A stretch of DNA of 59,232 nt from an uncultured Pseudomonadota bacterium (GTDB lineage Bacteria; Pseudomonadota; Alphaproteobacteria; Rs-D84). Under the pieces are notes generated by a model. That model was not told the DNA's origin, made no database searches, and worked only from the letters and a program-made list of their open reading frames with translations. Location of the stretch: assembly GCA_902790415.1 (NCBI GenBank), contig CADARU010000003.1, forward strand, positions 1 through 59,232. Reading direction: 5' to 3'. Positions 56,915-59,232 of this stretch are shown here, piece by piece; the stretch's first letter is position 1, and each line of letters starts with the position of its first letter. The position numbers and the translations under genes are program-made.

Positions 56915-57724
56915 ATGATAAAAAAACACATTCTTTATTTGCTGGTATGCATAGTGGGCATGAGTATGCAAAGCATGCCGGCGTTCGGCTGGGGACAAGA
57001 AGGACACCGTATTATCGCGAAAATCGCGTATGACAACCTGAGTTGCAGAGTGAAGAAGAAAGTGGACAAGATCACCGGCAAGCGCGGAATGATCTACTGG
57101 TCCAACTGGGCGGACGAGATCAAAAGCGACAATATCTACCCGCAGAGTATCAAAGACGGATGGCATTACCAGGATTTTGAGGCAGGGCTGAGCGACAGCC
57201 TTGTAGCCGATGCGCTGGTTCATTACCGCTCCGAAGGCGGAAACCTCTTCCGCGCGCTGGATTCGCTGGAGTTGGAGATGGCGGGGGAGAAAGTGGATCC
57301 GATGAATGCGAACCATATCATGCGATTTATCATTCACCTGAACGGCGACCGTTATTGTCCGGTGCATATCGCGCACATGGACGACAAAGGCGGTAACACC
57401 GTGAAAATGAAATGGTTCGGCCGCGAGACGAACCTGCATGCCGTATGGGACTCCAAGATCATCGAGAGCCAAGGGTATAGCTACACCGAGTACGCCCAGA
57501 TGATCGAAGACGAATACCGGGATATGAAAAAAGAGATCGAGCAGAAGAGCGACGAACAGTTGCTGATAGAGAGTTACCATATGACCGAAGCGATCTACCA
57601 ATACCAGCAGATTTGGGACGGCAATCCATATCACTATATCTACACCTGGCGGCAGCCGATGGAGCGACAGCTCTATACCGCCGGAATACGGCTTGCGATG
57701 CGGCTGAACAAAATGCTGAAATAA
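56915..57724 (+). CDS. S1/P1 nuclease
   Basis: signal peptide, WGQEGH, WADEIK, WHY, H..GD...P.H, D.GGN, NLHAVWD, AG.RLA..LN. Confidence 0.93.
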   Translation: MIKKHILYLLVCIVGMSMQSMPAFGWGQEGHRIIAKIAYDNLSCRVKKKVDKITGKRGMIYWSNWADEIKSDNIYPQSIKDGWHYQDFEAGLSDSLVADALVHYRSEGGNLFRALDSLELEMAGEKVDPMNANHIMRFIIHLNGDRYCPVHIAHMDDKGGNTVKMKWFGRETNLHAVWDSKIIESQGYSYTEYAQMIEDEYRDMKKEIEQKSDEQLLIESYHMTEAIYQYQQIWDGNPYHYIYTWRQPMERQLYTAGIRLAMRLNKMLK

Positions 57725-57754
57725 TGAATAGAGAATAATGAATAGTTCAAAGAT

Positions 57755-59232
57755 ATGAAAAGATTTATTCCTTTTGTGCTGTGTCTGTTTGCGGCGGGGA
57801 GTTTGTTCGCTCAGGCACAGAAAGTGACGGGCAGCGTTCGGGACGCGAAGACCGGCGAGGAACTCATCGGTGTTTCGGTTCTGGAAGCAGGCACCACTAA
57901 CGGTATCACTTCCGATCTGGACGGCAATTTCACGCTGAATGTCAATCCGGGCGCGACGCTGCAGCTGTCTTATGTAGGGTACAAGACCCTGGAGATCGGC
58001 GCCAAGAAAGGCGATCTGGGTGTGCTTCGTATGGAGCCGGAAGCGATAGCCCTGGAAGACGTGACGATCACCGGCCAGATGGCACGTACGCAACAGACGC
58101 CGGTAGCAGTCAGCCAAGTGACAGCGCTGGAGATCGAGGAGCGTCTGGCAGGTCAGGAGTTTCCGGAAGTGCTGAAAAACACGCCGGGTGTGCACGCCAA
58201 CGGTCAAGGTGGCGGCTGGGGTGACTCGGAGATATGGATGCGCGGATTCGACAACACGAACGTAGCCACTATGATCAACGGTGTGCCGATGAACGACATG
58301 GAAGGCGGAACGATTTACTGGAGTAACTGGCAGGGTCTGAGCGACGTCACTTCGGTTATGCAGACCCAGCGCGGTATGGGAGCTTCCAAACTGTCGGCTC
58401 CCTCCGTAGGCGGTACGATCAATATCGTCACCCGCGGTATAGACGCGAAGAAAGGCGGTGCACTCAGTTACGCGATGGGAAACGACGGCTACAACAAAGT
58501 GATGTTCAGCGTGAGCACGGGTCTGATGAAAAACGGCTGGGCGATCACCGTCATGGGAAGCCGCACTTGGGGTAACGGATATATCCAGGGAACAAGTTTC
58601 CAAGGATACAGCTATTTTGCGAATATATCCAAACGCATCAACGAAAACCACCAGCTCTCCCTCACCGGTTTCGGTGCGCCGCAGTGGCACTGGACGCGTC
58701 CGGCCGGCAGATACGGAGCGCTGACGCTGGCGGAATGGAACCGCGTAGCGCAATACATGCCGTCCGGCATGGATCGCCGCAGATACAACCCTTCCTACGG
58801 TCTCGGACGCGACGGCAAACAAGCCGGAACGAACTACAACCAATACCACAAACCGCAGATCAGCCTCAACCATATCTGGCAGATCGACGACCTCAGCAGC
58901 CTTTCCACCACCGCTTATGTCTCCATCGGACGCGGTTTCGGACGCACGGCGGAGAACGGCTACGGTTCGGCTTATTCGTACAGCGACCTCACCAACGGAG
59001 CAGCGAACGGTCAGATCACAACTACCTTCCGCGACCCCGTCACAGGAATGTTTGACTACGCGATGGTACAGGAGATCAACGCCGCTTCGGAGTCCGGTTC
59101 GGAACTCGTGATCTGCGAGAACCGCAACTACCATAACTGGGTGGGACTCGTCTCGACGTACGACAAGAAATTCCTTGACTGCCTCGAACTGACAGCCGGT
59201 GTCGATGTGCGCTACTACCAAGGTATTCACCA
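57755..59232 (+). CDS. TonB-dependent receptor (runs off window end)
   Basis: MKRFIPFVLCLFAAG signal, carboxypeptidase-like domain (VTGSVRDAKTGEELIGVSV...GTTNG..SDLDGNF), plug (TPGV, MRGF, INGVP.ND, GGTINIVT); missing from the ORF track because it has no stop. Confidence 0.93.
   Translation, partial: MKRFIPFVLCLFAAGSLFAQAQKVTGSVRDAKTGEELIGVSVLEAGTTNGITSDLDGNFTLNVNPGATLQLSYVGYKTLEIGAKKGDLGVLRMEPEAIALEDVTITGQMARTQQTPVAVSQVTALEIEERLAGQEFPEVLKNTPGVHANGQGGGWGDSEIWMRGFDNTNVATMINGVPMNDMEGGTIYWSNWQGLSDVTSVMQTQRGMGASKLSAPSVGGTINIVTRGIDAKKGGALSYAMGNDGYNKVMFSVSTGLMKNGWAITVMGSRTWGNGYIQGTSFQGYSYFANISKRINENHQLSLTGFGAPQWHWTRPAGRYGALTLAEWNRVAQYMPSGMDRRRYNPSYGLGRDGKQAGTNYNQYHKPQISLNHIWQIDDLSSLSTTAYVSIGRGFGRTAENGYGSAYSYSDLTNGAANGQITTTFRDPVTGMFDYAMVQEINAASESGSELVICENRNYHNWVGLVSTYDKKFLDCLELTAGVDVRYYQGIH

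Noticed and set aside
56903..59230. 775-aa minus-strand ORF
   Set aside because: Antisense shadow of the S1/P1 nuclease and TBDR genes in GC-rich DNA; no recognisable motifs.
55036..59232. Horizontally acquired Bacteroidales island
   Set aside because: The boundary cuts two housekeeping genes and there are no mobility genes or target duplications; misassembly is simpler.

Overview
About 55 kb (1-~55,035) is a compact, AT-rich alphaproteobacterial chromosome. By inference from gene style and synteny it is a reduced, host-associated lineage of the Rs-D84/'Ca. Enterousia' kind. It carries housekeeping genes: ftsK, rarA, a ybeY-lnt fusion, trmB, gltX, thrS, tatA and tatBC, dksA, trxA, sufS/T/E and sufBC, ftsL-ftsI, recJ, nrnA, lolA, nlpD-like, miaB, gatCAB, ruvX, rpsT, plsY, dprA, dnaA, parE and the 5' end of dnaJ. 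It also has tRNA-Lys(CTT), tRNA-Phe(GAA), several orphan outer-membrane or secreted proteins and a type IVb pilus PilL/TcpQ-PilN pair. At ~55,016-55,035 the sequence switches abruptly to GC-richer Bacteroidales-type DNA (thrS 5' fragment, TonB, MgtC, S1/P1 nuclease, TonB-dependent receptor). Both genes at the junction are broken, so this is most likely an assembly chimera. Best leads: (1) a four-gene operon at 7.6-9.6 kb pairing an apparently catalytically dead HNH-toxin-like protein with a SUKH/SMI1-KNR4-like immunity protein, a membrane protein and an RHH regulator; (2) a Thr-rich leader peptide in front of thrS; (3) a C4/ash-like switchable attenuator RNA heading a small island next to tRNA-Lys; (4) a DnaA lacking its arginine finger and sensor II; (5) a shared palindromic operator at identical promoter positions; (6) a recurring set of probable pseudoenzymes (DeoC-, SodC-, FtsK- and alpha-CTD-like). 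All family assignments come from motif recognition by eye, not from database searches.
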